A stretch of DNA of 64,000 bases, from NCBI GenBank assembly GCA_024650005.2, contig CP122380.1, positions 1,888,001 to 1,952,000 of the forward strand, read 5' to 3'. The position numbers were made by a program, and so were the translations under genes. The notes under the pieces are model-generated. The model was not told the origin of the DNA and ran no database searches. It worked only from the letters and a program-made list of their open reading frames with translations. Each line of letters begins with the position of its first letter. Positions within the stretch are counted from its first letter, which is position 1. The DNA is from Candidatus Bathyarchaeum tardum (GTDB lineage Archaea > Thermoproteota > Bathyarchaeia > Bathyarchaeales > Bathyarchaeaceae). This document shows positions 19,553-28,776 of the stretch, in pieces.

Positions 19553-20407
19553 TTGTTTTTGCCAAACTCGATTAAAATGATTCTTGTTGGAGCCCTTCTT
19601 GTTTTTGTGTTGGGTTTCATTGTTGGTGTGCCTTCAGCGATGGTTGGGCTTGGAGGCGGCGTAATTATAGTTCCAGCTTTAATTGTACTTTTTCAGTTGC
19701 CTGCCCAAAATGCTATTGCAATTAGTCTGGTAGCTATCTTAGGAACAACAGTTTCTGCCACGATTGGTTATGTTAGACATAAACAAATCGACTACAAGCT
19801 TGGACTGCTATACGATGTGATGGACGTTCCAGGCATAATCATTGGTGCATACATAACCACATTTTTGCCAGAAAACATTCTAGCAGGAATCTGTGGCATC
19901 TTCATACTTTTCATTACATTGGTCCTGATAAGAAACAAAAGAAAACCTGTTTGTGCTTGCCCAGAAATACCAAAAGAAAGCATTACAAAAGGATGGATAA
20001 GAAACGGAGTAGACCACAAAGGCAACGCAGTAAAATATGCCCTTAGTAATCCAGCTTTAGCATTAACCAGCAGTTTTGTCGGCGGAATAGTAACAGGTTT
20101 AGCAGGTCTAGGCGGCGGAATAACAGACGTTTCATCCATGATGGTACTTGGCATCCCAACCCACATCGCAGTTGCAACATCCCATTTCGCAATGGCTATC
20201 ACCAACGGAGTAGGAGTACTAACTCATGGCCTGTTAAACAATATTCTAATCGAGTATGCAATCCCGATAACTCTAGGAACAGTAATCGGAGCCCAAGTAG
20301 GATGCTTGCTCGCTAAACGCGTAAAAGGAAAAACAATACGCAACCTTCTCGCATTAATCGCTATCATATCAGCATTAAGGCTAATCTATTTCTTCTTCAC
20401 AGGCTAA
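19553..20407 (+). CDS. TSUP/TauE-SafE family (sulfite exporter-like) membrane protein
   Basis: Duplicated GLGGG motifs, A.A.SL and HIAVATS, about 8 TM. Confidence 0.9.
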   Translation: MFLPNSIKMILVGALLVFVLGFIVGVPSAMVGLGGGVIIVPALIVLFQLPAQNAIAISLVAILGTTVSATIGYVRHKQIDYKLGLLYDVMDVPGIIIGAYITTFLPENILAGICGIFILFITLVLIRNKRKPVCACPEIPKESITKGWIRNGVDHKGNAVKYALSNPALALTSSFVGGIVTGLAGLGGGITDVSSMMVLGIPTHIAVATSHFAMAITNGVGVLTHGLLNNILIEYAIPITLGTVIGAQVGCLLAKRVKGKTIRNLLALIAIISALRLIYFFFTG

Positions 20408-20486
20408 AACTCAGTATTAGTTATTTGCTGAATTCAACAAAAATATATGAATTGAATTTGAAAATCATCTATTGCCGATGCGTTGC

Positions 20487-21062
20487 TTAGAGTATATCGG
20501 TACAAAGGTCTCTCCATTTGCCGTTAGATATAGTGTTAAGAGCTTCGGCGTATATTTTTACAATAAGAGATTCTCGGTTTTCATCCGTTTCTTTATGTTC
20601 AAATTTTTTTCCGATCTCAGGCAAAACGTTTGCAATGTCCTGGGCCATGCCATAAAGATCTTCGGGTTTAATTTCAACAGATTTCCCTTTCTTTTCGGCA
20701 ATAAGCTGTAACGTAGCTAACATGCCTCTTAGACGTTCCACATGAGTATGAAGGAAATATTTTTGCAGTTTCAATGAAGTTTTTTTATAGTTTTCAATAA
20801 ACAAGTTTGCTGTAGGCTCATAGTATTTTTCTAATATACCATATGTTCCTACTTCGCTATGCTCGATTTCCATTAGTCCTGATTCACGCAGCTTTTTCAG
20901 GTGATACATCGTCGAGGATGGAGTTAGTTCCAGCTTTTTTGCGAGTTGACTCTGGGTCTGCGGTTGATTTGCTGTTTCCCTGATAATTTCTCGCCGTAAA
21001 GGATCAGCTAATATTTTTATGGTTTTTAAATCTTCGATGACCTGAACTGCTTTTCGTTCCAT
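20487..21062 (-). CDS. ArsR-like winged-helix transcriptional regulator
   Basis: KILADPLRREII...SQLAKKL...YHLKKL...EKYY. Confidence 0.85.
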   Translation of the reverse strand: MERKAVQVIEDLKTIKILADPLRREIIRETANQPQTQSQLAKKLELTPSSTMYHLKKLRESGLMEIEHSEVGTYGILEKYYEPTANLFIENYKKTSLKLQKYFLHTHVERLRGMLATLQLIAEKKGKSVEIKPEDLYGMAQDIANVLPEIGKKFEHKETDENRESLIVKIYAEALNTISNGKWRDLCTDIL

Positions 21063-21114
21063 GCTTAGTCCTTCTTTAAATTTTAAAGGAGGTCACATAA
21101 AAACTGTATGTATA

Positions 21115-21145
21115 TTTCGAAACGATTCTATAAATAGAAACGATT
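21115..21145. promoter_or_regulatory. Operator candidate between divergent ArsR and KamA genes
   Basis: GAAACGATT direct repeat (21119, 21137) with TTCTAT-AA-ATAGAA palindrome (21126-21139). Confidence 0.5.
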
Positions 21146-21192
21146 AGAACAGTAGGACATATATGTCAGAAAAAAAACTGTAACATGGTTAG

Positions 21193-22311
21193 TTGACGAT
21201 GCAAGACATCAACTTAATCAACACAATTGAACAATTGAAAGAATACATTAACTTATCATCAAAGGAAACAAAAAAACTCAAACGAATCACGGCTATACAT
21301 CCCATGCAGGTAACACCGTATTACATATCCCTTATTGATTGGGATAATCCAGAAGATCCCACAAAAAAAATGGCTATTCCATCCGTAGACGAGTTGAATC
21401 TTCAAGGCTCCTACGACACTAGCGGAGAAGCAGAAAACACAAAACTGCAGGGGCTTCAACATAAATACTCGGAAACAGCCCTTATACTTGCCACAAAAAG
21501 ATGCGCAACATATTGTAGATACTGTTTTAGAAAGCGCCTTGTTGGAAGAAGAGAAAACAATGAGATAATTTCAGATTTCAAAGACGCTGTCGAGTATGTT
21601 AAGAACCATAAAGAAATTAACAACGTGTTGATTTCAGGTGGCGACCCTCTTGTGCTTCCCAATAAAATTATTAAAAGTTTCTTAAAGATGCTTTCCAAGG
21701 TTTCCCATCTTGATTTTGTAAGGTTTGGCAGCAGGACTCTTGTTACGTTTCCTTCAAGATTTCAAGACGATGAACTACTGGAAATACTGGCAGAATATTC
21801 GTCTCCAGAAAGAAGATTATATGTTGTTACCCAGTTTAATCATCCAAGAGAAACAACGAAACAATCAACCGAAGCAGTAGACAAGCTTCTCAAAGCAGGA
21901 GTAGTAGTTAATAATCAAACAGTTTTACTAAGGGGAATCAACGACAACCCACAAACACTTGCAGAATTACAAAACAGGCTCGTCCGGACAGGCGTTAACC
22001 CATATTATGTATTCCAATGTAGACCAGTAAAGAGGGTTAAGCACCATTTTCAGGTTCCATTATGCAAAGGCGTAAAAATAGTTGAAGAAGCAAAAAAACA
22101 ATGTAACGGCCACAGTAAACGGTTCAAATATATTATGTCCCACAGAACAGGCAAAATAGAGATACTGGGAATTTTCGGCAATGAAATGTACTTCAAGTAT
22201 CATGAAGCAAAAGAGAGAAAAAAACTGGGCAAAATCTTCAACAGACCTGTCGACGAAAAAACAGGTTGGCTGAACGATTCCGAAACTTCTGTAAAGGGAC
22301 AAATAAGTTAA
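21193..22311 (+). CDS. KamA-family radical SAM aminomutase
   Basis: GLQHKY, CATYCRYCFRKR (CxxxCxxC), SGGDPL, FNHPRE, NQTVLLRGIND, PYYVFQCRPV. Confidence 0.92.
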   Translation: MTMQDINLINTIEQLKEYINLSSKETKKLKRITAIHPMQVTPYYISLIDWDNPEDPTKKMAIPSVDELNLQGSYDTSGEAENTKLQGLQHKYSETALILATKRCATYCRYCFRKRLVGRRENNEIISDFKDAVEYVKNHKEINNVLISGGDPLVLPNKIIKSFLKMLSKVSHLDFVRFGSRTLVTFPSRFQDDELLEILAEYSSPERRLYVVTQFNHPRETTKQSTEAVDKLLKAGVVVNNQTVLLRGINDNPQTLAELQNRLVRTGVNPYYVFQCRPVKRVKHHFQVPLCKGVKIVEEAKKQCNGHSKRFKYIMSHRTGKIEILGIFGNEMYFKYHEAKERKKLGKIFNRPVDEKTGWLNDSETSVKGQIS

Positions 22312-22643
22312 CAGAAAATGTAAAAGGCTATCAAATGTGGATTTGAATTTTGAAATTTCCCATGAAAAAAGTGTGTTTGCGGTTTAGGAGACGTTGCTAT
22401 TTGCAAAACGCGTAACAGTTTTGTTGACAGCATTGGTGTAATCCATTATGTTGGATATGACATTAACTATCATGCTGAAGAGACTATGGTATGAAGAAGG
22501 GGTATACGTTGCAACAAACTTTTCTAATTAAAGCAAGCTGGATGACATCAAATCAACATCTAAAAATGCAACTTAGAATACATGACTGAGAATAACCGTT
22601 TTCCCAAAGATTTTTTTATTGAAACCAGGTTGTTAAAATAGAG

Positions 22644-22838
22644 TTGTTGGAGATAAAAAGTTTGGATCGTTTTCAAAGATTAGCCCATGAAATAATTGAT
22701 TTGGTTGAATTATCGATACGAAAAGCACATCCGACAATAGATGCTCAAGCAGCAGATTTGAAAGGAAATACGTTGCTCTATGGGGAAAATTACTATGATT
22801 TGGAAAATGAGATAACAGAGCTGCTGCATCAAATTTAA
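22644..22838 (+). pseudogene. Possible C-terminal remnant of an RM/methyltransferase gene
   Basis: Short helical ORF (EIIDLVE...LLYGENYYDL) resembling type IIG C-termini, abutting the RM locus. Confidence 0.3.
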
Positions 22839-22848
22839 TTAAAAGATG

Positions 22849-23892
22849 TCATTGCACAACAACAAGAGTTTTTTCAATTTTTTCGGTTAAGTCTTTTCTA
22901 ATTTTATTTGCTATGGCTTCTGCTAATTTTACAGGTACAGCGTTTCCTACCATTTTGTAGCCGTCAGCAACATTTTTGTAATAAAAAACAAAATCATCAG
23001 GAAAAGTTTGTATTCGAGCACATTCCCGTACAGAAAATCTTCTATAAAACGGATTATCAGTTTTGAAATCCCATTTGTCTTTTTCAAGCTTAACCATCTC
23101 TGTTGACGATGGATGCAAAGGAGCGTGCCTTCCTCCTGCTTGAATAGTGTATGATTGGTCAGTCCATTCCTTTCTACGGTTCCTTGACATGAAAATTGTA
23201 GAAAAGCTGCCAAGCATGTATTCATGGTTTGGAATTTCTAAAAACTCATTTGCATGATTTTTTGCTTTAGCAGAAACAGGATTTGGCAAATCACCTATAG
23301 CATCTTCTAAGGTTCTCCATGGTGGTGTTTTTTTTCCGTCTATTGTATTGCCTGCAATTTTTGTATGAGTAGGAGACGGAAAAATGAACCTTTTCCCAAA
23401 TTCTTTTCGGTACCCAACAATTAGAACTCTTCGCCGTTCCTGGGGAACTCCATAATTTCTAGCATCAAGAACCTTGTAAGAAACATTATACCCTAACTTA
23501 CTGAAGTTTGAGAGGATAATATTAAATTCATCAATATGAGTTCGTGAAACTATTCCTGGAACGTTTTCTGCCAAAAAAAAGCTAGGTTGCTTATCTTTTA
23601 GCACTCTGATGTATTCATGGAAAAGTTTACCTCTATCATCTTTTATTCCGCGCATCGCTCCTGCAAGGCTCCAGCTTTGGCAGGGAGGGCCTCCAATGAT
23701 TCCGTCTGAATCAGGTATTTCATCAGAGCGTATGTCAAAAAGTGAACGCTTGTCAATAGTTATTGTGTGGTTTTTTTCGAATGTTTCCCAAACTTTTTTG
23801 TCATTATCATTAGCATAAACTAAATCGAATCCTGCGTTTGTAAAGCCTAGGTCCAAACCGCCGCAACCTGAAAATAATGACACTATTTCCAT
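22849..23892 (-). CDS. dcm: DNA (cytosine-5)-methyltransferase, HaeIII-like (GGCC inferred)
   Basis: LFSGCGG, GGPPCQSWS, ENV, QERRR, FMSRNR..QAGGRH TRD, GNAVP. Confidence 0.95.
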   Translation of the reverse strand: MEIVSLFSGCGGLDLGFTNAGFDLVYANDNDKKVWETFEKNHTITIDKRSLFDIRSDEIPDSDGIIGGPPCQSWSLAGAMRGIKDDRGKLFHEYIRVLKDKQPSFFLAENVPGIVSRTHIDEFNIILSNFSKLGYNVSYKVLDARNYGVPQERRRVLIVGYRKEFGKRFIFPSPTHTKIAGNTIDGKKTPPWRTLEDAIGDLPNPVSAKAKNHANEFLEIPNHEYMLGSFSTIFMSRNRRKEWTDQSYTIQAGGRHAPLHPSSTEMVKLEKDKWDFKTDNPFYRRFSVRECARIQTFPDDFVFYYKNVADGYKMVGNAVPVKLAEAIANKIRKDLTEKIEKTLVVVQ

Positions 23893-23895
23893 TTT

Positions 23896-24756
23896 CTACC
23901 ACGACAACGTAATCAGTTTACCAGAAACCAGTTCTGCAGGATTATTTGGATTTTTTATTTCCACATCACTTACTTCTATTTGGTCATCAGCCAGCAATGA
24001 TTTAACATCTTCTTCAGGAAAAGAATCAAACTTGCTTTTCAGCATCAAAGCAACCAAAGAAAAATCTCGATTTTTATTATAAGTGTAAAGATAAGAAAAA
24101 ACGTTAACTGGATTTTGGATTTCCCACATGCCCCTTATTCTAAAGTTTGTAATTCCTAAAGGATCAATCCGATTTATTCTTCCCAACTCTTTGGTTCTAG
24201 TTGATTCTAAGCCTTCAGCACCAAAATAGTTTTCAATGTTGTTTTTAAGACCAGTTGCCTGTCTTTCATAGATTTCCTTTTCTGCAGCATAACAACTGCC
24301 TTGCACAAAATACAGGTACTTTATTTTCTCTTTTTGAACCCAGCCGATGACATAAAAAATTTCTTTGTAGTTCCATTGTCCGCCATCAACTTGTCGGCAT
24401 TGATTTGTGATTCGAGGATCTTTGCAGCTTAGGCGATCTTTTGGCGGTGAATTGTTCAAAGCAAGGCTCGCTTTAAACGATTGGATCTTTTTGACTTCAA
24501 AAGCATCACCATTCTTGATTATCAAGTCAGGTGGATTGTTCTGGTTTCCCAAATAGGAAAAAATTCCTTTGTATCTGTCTCTGTCGGTTTGTTCCTTTGC
24601 AGATTGGAAGGAGCCACTAATGGCATCTTTTACATAATACTCAAGTTGCTGTCCCACGGCATTAATTCGAATTGCATAAGTTGTAAAATAGTTTCGCAAA
24701 TCATTAGTTTTGAAATCGGAAATGTTCTTAATTGCGGTAAGCAGGTTAGGGCACAT
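23896..24756 (-). CDS. Type II restriction endonuclease, NgoPII-like
   Basis: FSYLGNQNNPPD...GDAFEVKK...LALNNSPPK, DPLGITNFRIRGMW; co-oriented with the C5 MTase. Confidence 0.85.
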   Translation of the reverse strand: MCPNLLTAIKNISDFKTNDLRNYFTTYAIRINAVGQQLEYYVKDAISGSFQSAKEQTDRDRYKGIFSYLGNQNNPPDLIIKNGDAFEVKKIQSFKASLALNNSPPKDRLSCKDPRITNQCRQVDGGQWNYKEIFYVIGWVQKEKIKYLYFVQGSCYAAEKEIYERQATGLKNNIENYFGAEGLESTRTKELGRINRIDPLGITNFRIRGMWEIQNPVNVFSYLYTYNKNRDFSLVALMLKSKFDSFPEEDVKSLLADDQIEVSDVEIKNPNNPAELVSGKLITLSW

Positions 24757-24801
24757 AAACTAAATATCATTTGTAGCAAGTATTAATGTTTTGAGTGAAG
24801 C

Positions 24802-25209
24802 ATGGCAGATAAAATTTCTAAAGAAAAACGTTCAAAAATAATGTCGGCTATCCGTGCAAAAAACACCAAACCTGAGTTAGCTTTAAGGCGTGCCTTATGG
24901 GCACAGGGAATAAGGTATAGAATTCATTACAACAAAGAAAAAATTGACATAGCATTTCCATCAAAAAAAGTAGCAGTTTTTGTCGATGGATGTTTTTGGC
25001 ATGGATGCCCTGAACACGGCCACACTCCAAAGAGCAACCAAAAATACTGGATTCCCAAACTAGAAAAGAACAAACAAAGAGCAATTAAAAAAGATGAACG
25101 ATTAAAAAATGCAGGGTGGAAAGTCATGCATTTCTGGGAACATGAAATAGATGATTTAAATCCAATAATTCAGAAAATTAAAAAAACTCTAAATAAAAAA
25201 TTGGACTAA
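24802..25209 (+). CDS. vsr: Very short patch repair endonuclease
   Basis: RSKIMSAIRAKNTKPE, VFVDGCFWHGC, WEHE. Confidence 0.95.
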   Translation: MADKISKEKRSKIMSAIRAKNTKPELALRRALWAQGIRYRIHYNKEKIDIAFPSKKVAVFVDGCFWHGCPEHGHTPKSNQKYWIPKLEKNKQRAIKKDERLKNAGWKVMHFWEHEIDDLNPIIQKIKKTLNKKLD

Positions 25210-25404
25210 AAATGTGCAAATAAAAAAGCAGACTGAAAATAATCAGTTAAAGAATTTTTTTTACACTTGAATCAATACTAGACCATGACGCTGTTTTGGG
25301 CTGTGGATATTTTGTTTAGAGTAATGAAGTCACTAAAACTCTACTCTGGACTTGAGAGTAGTGAACAAAAAATGATGAAAAAATAAGTTATAATAAAATT
25401 GGAA

Positions 25405-25460
25405 AATCTAAGAAACTAAAGAAAACAAAAGAGAAACACAAGAGAGGAAAGTCTCTCTGT
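25405..25460 (-). terminator. Terminator of ribosomal stalk operon
   Basis: AGAGAG-N6-CTCTCT hairpin followed by T-rich tract on minus strand downstream of rpl12. Confidence 0.5.
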
Positions 25461-25482
25461 TCAAGAAACGGTACAAGACCGT

Positions 25483-25791
25483 TTATCCGAACAGGGAACC
25501 TAAGCCTTCCATTGCAGCTTCTTCTTTCTTGCTTTCGTCTTCTTCAGGTTCTTCTTCTTTCTTTTCTTCTGCGGGTGCTGCTGCAGTTGGGGCTGCTGGT
25601 GCGGCTGCCATCATTGCGGGAGCTGCTTTGATTGCTTCTTCAATGTCAACTTCAGCAACTGATGCAACTAAAGCTTTAACTCGAGCAGAATCGGCGCTGA
25701 CGCCGGCTGCTGTGAGAACTTCAGATACGCTTTGTTCGGTTATTTCTTTTCCAGCTTTGTGCAAGAGCATTGCAGCATATACGTATTCCAT
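25483..25791 (-). CDS. rpl12: 50S ribosomal protein P1 (L12p)
   Basis: [11 protein letters not shown]...acidic tail GLGSLFG. Confidence 0.97.
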   Translation of the reverse strand: MEYVYAAMLLHKAGKEITEQSVSEVLTAAGVSADSARVKALVASVAEVDIEEAIKAAPAMMAAAPAAPTAAAPAEEKKEEEPEEDESKKEEAAMEGLGSLFG

Positions 25792-25845
25792 TATTCATTC
25801 TCCTCCATGTTTTCCATCATACTTACTTTTCAAGTTTTCTGAATT

Positions 25846-26724
25846 TTAACTTGATGAAGCTCCTTTCTTTTCGGCTTCATCTAATTTTTCGCTCAGGCTT
25901 TGCATTTGCATGTTAGCCTTTCGAATTAGTTCTTCGATAGTATCTGAGTTAATGATGCCTGCACTCATAGCCAAACTGAAGGCTTTCTGGTGAGCCACCT
26001 TAACTAGCATGCTAGTGTTTTCTGCAGTTGGATAAGCTGCTTCCATCGACAAGTTGAAAGCAAACTGGTGAGCTTGCTCGATACTTTGACGGAACTCGTC
26101 AATATCAATTGACAAATCATCTGCAAAAAGGATTACTCCGTCGTCGAAAACTAATTTTAAGCTTAAGCCTACTTCAACTGGTTTTATTCCCAGTTTTGCT
26201 AGTAAACTTGCAAGTTGAGCGCTTATAGGTTCGCCTTTTTTGACGACCATAGTGTCTTTTGAAACGAAAACGCTGCCTGATTCAATTCGGGTACGCAAAC
26301 CCACAGCAGTAAACTGGCTGATGATTGGACCAGGAGGCAATCCAGTGTTTCCAGCAGGAACAGTAACATCAAAAGCAGCCAAGTCGCCAGCACGGGCAGC
26401 GGCTTTTACGCGGCTTTTTTCTAGAAGCATAACGAGCTTGAAAGGATTCAAATTAGTAAACAAATACAAGTTAGGTCCAGTCAAGTGCTCAGCAAGTTTT
26501 TCAATTCCAGCTTTATCGGTGATTTCGGAAACAGCCCTAGAAATGATAGAGTTTTTGACTACCAGCATGTTGGCGTTTTCTTGAAGTTTTTTGCGTAATC
26601 TTTGAAGTTGGGATGCTCGTACTTTTTCCAGACTTGCAATTGCAACTGTATTATATTCTGATAACTGTTGTTTGAGGGCTTGGACTTTTTTAGCTTTTAT
26701 TACAGTAGATGCTCGGACTGCCAT
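25846..26724 (-). CDS. rpl10: 50S ribosomal protein L10 (P0)
   Basis: VVKN, FTNLNPFKL, VPAGNTGLPPGP. Confidence 0.96.
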   Translation of the reverse strand: MAVRASTVIKAKKVQALKQQLSEYNTVAIASLEKVRASQLQRLRKKLQENANMLVVKNSIISRAVSEITDKAGIEKLAEHLTGPNLYLFTNLNPFKLVMLLEKSRVKAAARAGDLAAFDVTVPAGNTGLPPGPIISQFTAVGLRTRIESGSVFVSKDTMVVKKGEPISAQLASLLAKLGIKPVEVGLSLKLVFDDGVILFADDLSIDIDEFRQSIEQAHQFAFNLSMEAAYPTAENTSMLVKVAHQKAFSLAMSAGIINSDTIEELIRKANMQMQSLSEKLDEAEKKGASSS

Positions 26725-26733
26725 GATTTTTCC

Positions 26734-27384
26734 CTACATTGCCACCTTAACTGAGTTACCCATGGAGGTCTTCAAGTAAACTGTCTTGAAGTTTTTGATT
26801 CCTCGTTTGAGTTTTGTTTCAAGTCTTCTTACGATAGTTTGAACGTTTTCAGCAATTTCTGCGTCTGTCATTTCTTCGTTACCTATACGGCACTGAATAA
26901 CGGGTTGATTACGTGTCCGGATGGATACGATTTTTTTGTGTTTCTCAATTTGTTCTTTTATGTCAGCGTTTGGAGCAACGGGAGTAGGCATTTTTCCACG
27001 AGGTCCAAGGGATGCACCCAAGCTTTTACCTACAAGGGCCATCATTGGGGCTTCGGCAATAAAAATGTCATATTCTTTTGCAATGTCTTTTTGTTTTTTC
27101 TTGTCGCCCACTAATGCTTCAAGGGCTGCTTTTTCAAGAACAAAGCTAGCTCCAGCTTTTTTTGCGTTAAAAGCCATCTCGCCGGTCGCAATAACACAAA
27201 CTTTCAAGTCCTTTCCGGCAGCATGAGGAAGTTCGATACGTTCCTGGATTTTGCCTTCGGGTTTCTTCATGTCAATGTTTTGTAAGTTTATGGCGAGGTC
27301 TATAGACTGAGAAAACTTACGTTCATTATTATTACTTTTTACCTCTTTAATCGCTTCGATGAGGTTTTTTTGATTCAATGGCAT
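26734..27384 (-). CDS. rpl1: 50S ribosomal protein L1
   Basis: RKFSQSIDL, LGPRGKMP, KTSMG; start MPLNQ at 27384. Confidence 0.96.
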   Translation of the reverse strand: MPLNQKNLIEAIKEVKSNNNERKFSQSIDLAINLQNIDMKKPEGKIQERIELPHAAGKDLKVCVIATGEMAFNAKKAGASFVLEKAALEALVGDKKKQKDIAKEYDIFIAEAPMMALVGKSLGASLGPRGKMPTPVAPNADIKEQIEKHKKIVSIRTRNQPVIQCRIGNEEMTDAEIAENVQTIVRRLETKLKRGIKNFKTVYLKTSMGNSVKVAM

Positions 27385-27447
27385 TCTATGAGCCTCGCGC
27401 CAATGACGTAACAAGAGCCAGTTATAAAAATCTTATTACTCGAAAGA

Positions 27448-27933
27448 TTACTCCGCCAATAAGGCGTCGTGTTTTCCTGAGTCGATTTCTTTTTGAACTT
27501 CGCGGGGATCTTTGCCTTCCACAGTTACGCCCATGCTTACGCCAGTGCCTAAGACTTCTTTGACAGCAGCCTTAAGGGTGCTACCCAAGACATCTTCTTT
27601 TTTCATCTTAGCGATTTTAACTGCTTGTTCTAGAGTTATGTTTCCAATTTTTTCTGTGTTAGGAACACCAGAACCTTTGGATACTCCAATCTCGCTAACA
27701 AGTAACGCAGCAGTTGGTGGAGTGCCTACGCTAACTTCAAATTCTTTGGTTTCGGTGTCAACACTGATTTTTACTGGAACTTTCATGCCAGAGAAATCTT
27801 TTGTTACTTCATTGATTTTGTTTACAATAGCTAGAACGTTAACTCCTAAAGGACCCAGAGCAGGCCCAAGGGGAGGTCCAGCGGTAGCTTTTCCGCCGCT
27901 TACTAAGGATTCAACTATTTTCAGTTCGCCCAT
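27448..27933 (-). CDS. rpl11: 50S ribosomal protein L11
   Basis: [18 protein letters not shown]. Confidence 0.97.
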   Translation of the reverse strand: MGELKIVESLVSGGKATAGPPLGPALGPLGVNVLAIVNKINEVTKDFSGMKVPVKISVDTETKEFEVSVGTPPTAALLVSEIGVSKGSGVPNTEKIGNITLEQAVKIAKMKKEDVLGSTLKAAVKEVLGTGVSMGVTVEGKDPREVQKEIDSGKHDALLAE

Positions 27934-27936
27934 GGT

Positions 27937-28413
27937 TTATTCTTCCTTTTTTGATTTTTCAACAAGTTTCACATAGTCTGCGTGAACTGTGATTGGTAAA
28001 GTGAATGTGGCCTCCAACAATTCAAGGGTAACATCTTCTTTTGCTTTGTCGACCCTTGTGATTTTTGCCCGCATTCCCTTGAAGGGACCTCCGATAACTT
28101 CAACGAGGTCTTCTTCGTCAAGTTCTTCGATTACAGGTTTTACTACGATGTACCTTTCGACTTCTGGAAAAGTAACAACACCTGGAACACGAGATCTAAC
28201 GTGCCTAACTCCTGTGATTCCTTTTTCCACAGAATGAGGTCCGTCAGCTTCGATGAAAACATAGCCTTTCAGCATTTCAGGAACTAGGATTGACTTGATT
28301 TGTAAGTCATTCATTTTGACTTTTGCTTCGATAAGGTTTGCCACGTTTTTTTCTTGACCTGCAGTAGTGCGTACGGCGAATACTGCAGTTTTTTGTCTAG
28401 GTTCTTCAGACAT
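27937..28413 (-). CDS. spt5: Transcription elongation factor Spt5 (NusG)
   Basis: VRTTAGQE, KGYVFIEA, KOW motif GGPFKG. Confidence 0.96.
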   Translation of the reverse strand: MSEEPRQKTAVFAVRTTAGQEKNVANLIEAKVKMNDLQIKSILVPEMLKGYVFIEADGPHSVEKGITGVRHVRSRVPGVVTFPEVERYIVVKPVIEELDEEDLVEVIGGPFKGMRAKITRVDKAKEDVTLELLEATFTLPITVHADYVKLVEKSKKEE

Positions 28414-28425
28414 AATTTTTCAACT

Positions 28426-28590
28426 CTATCGTATTACTGTGCCCAGAAGCTGGATAATGTATCCGATTCCACCGATTACAAGAATGCCTAAAAAGCATAT
28501 CTTTATCGAGAGCCACAGCTCGGTTCTGCCAGGTTTTTTGGCAAGTTTTAGCAATCTTGATGCTGATTCGAAGAATGATTTAAGTCCCAA
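28426..28590 (-). CDS. secE: Protein translocase SecE/Sec61-gamma, 54 aa, not in ORF track
   Basis: MGLKSFFESASRLLKLAKKPGRTELWLSIKICFLGILVIGGIGYIIQLLGTVIR; conserved position upstream of spt5. Confidence 0.92.
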   Translation of the reverse strand: MGLKSFFESASRLLKLAKKPGRTELWLSIKICFLGILVIGGIGYIIQLLGTVIR

Positions 28591-28776
28591 TGTTCCTCGC
28601 CCCTTTCAAATTAGGTTCTAATATGTAAACTTATCTCCAACACTAAAATGTTGCTCACATAATTTTTGGATCCTTGGAGACTTTAGTTTTTTGTCTAAAA
28701 ATGTATGCAAACAAAAATACAGGTTAAGCAAACATTTTCGGTATGGATATTAAGCAGTTTTTACCCAAGTCCTAGC

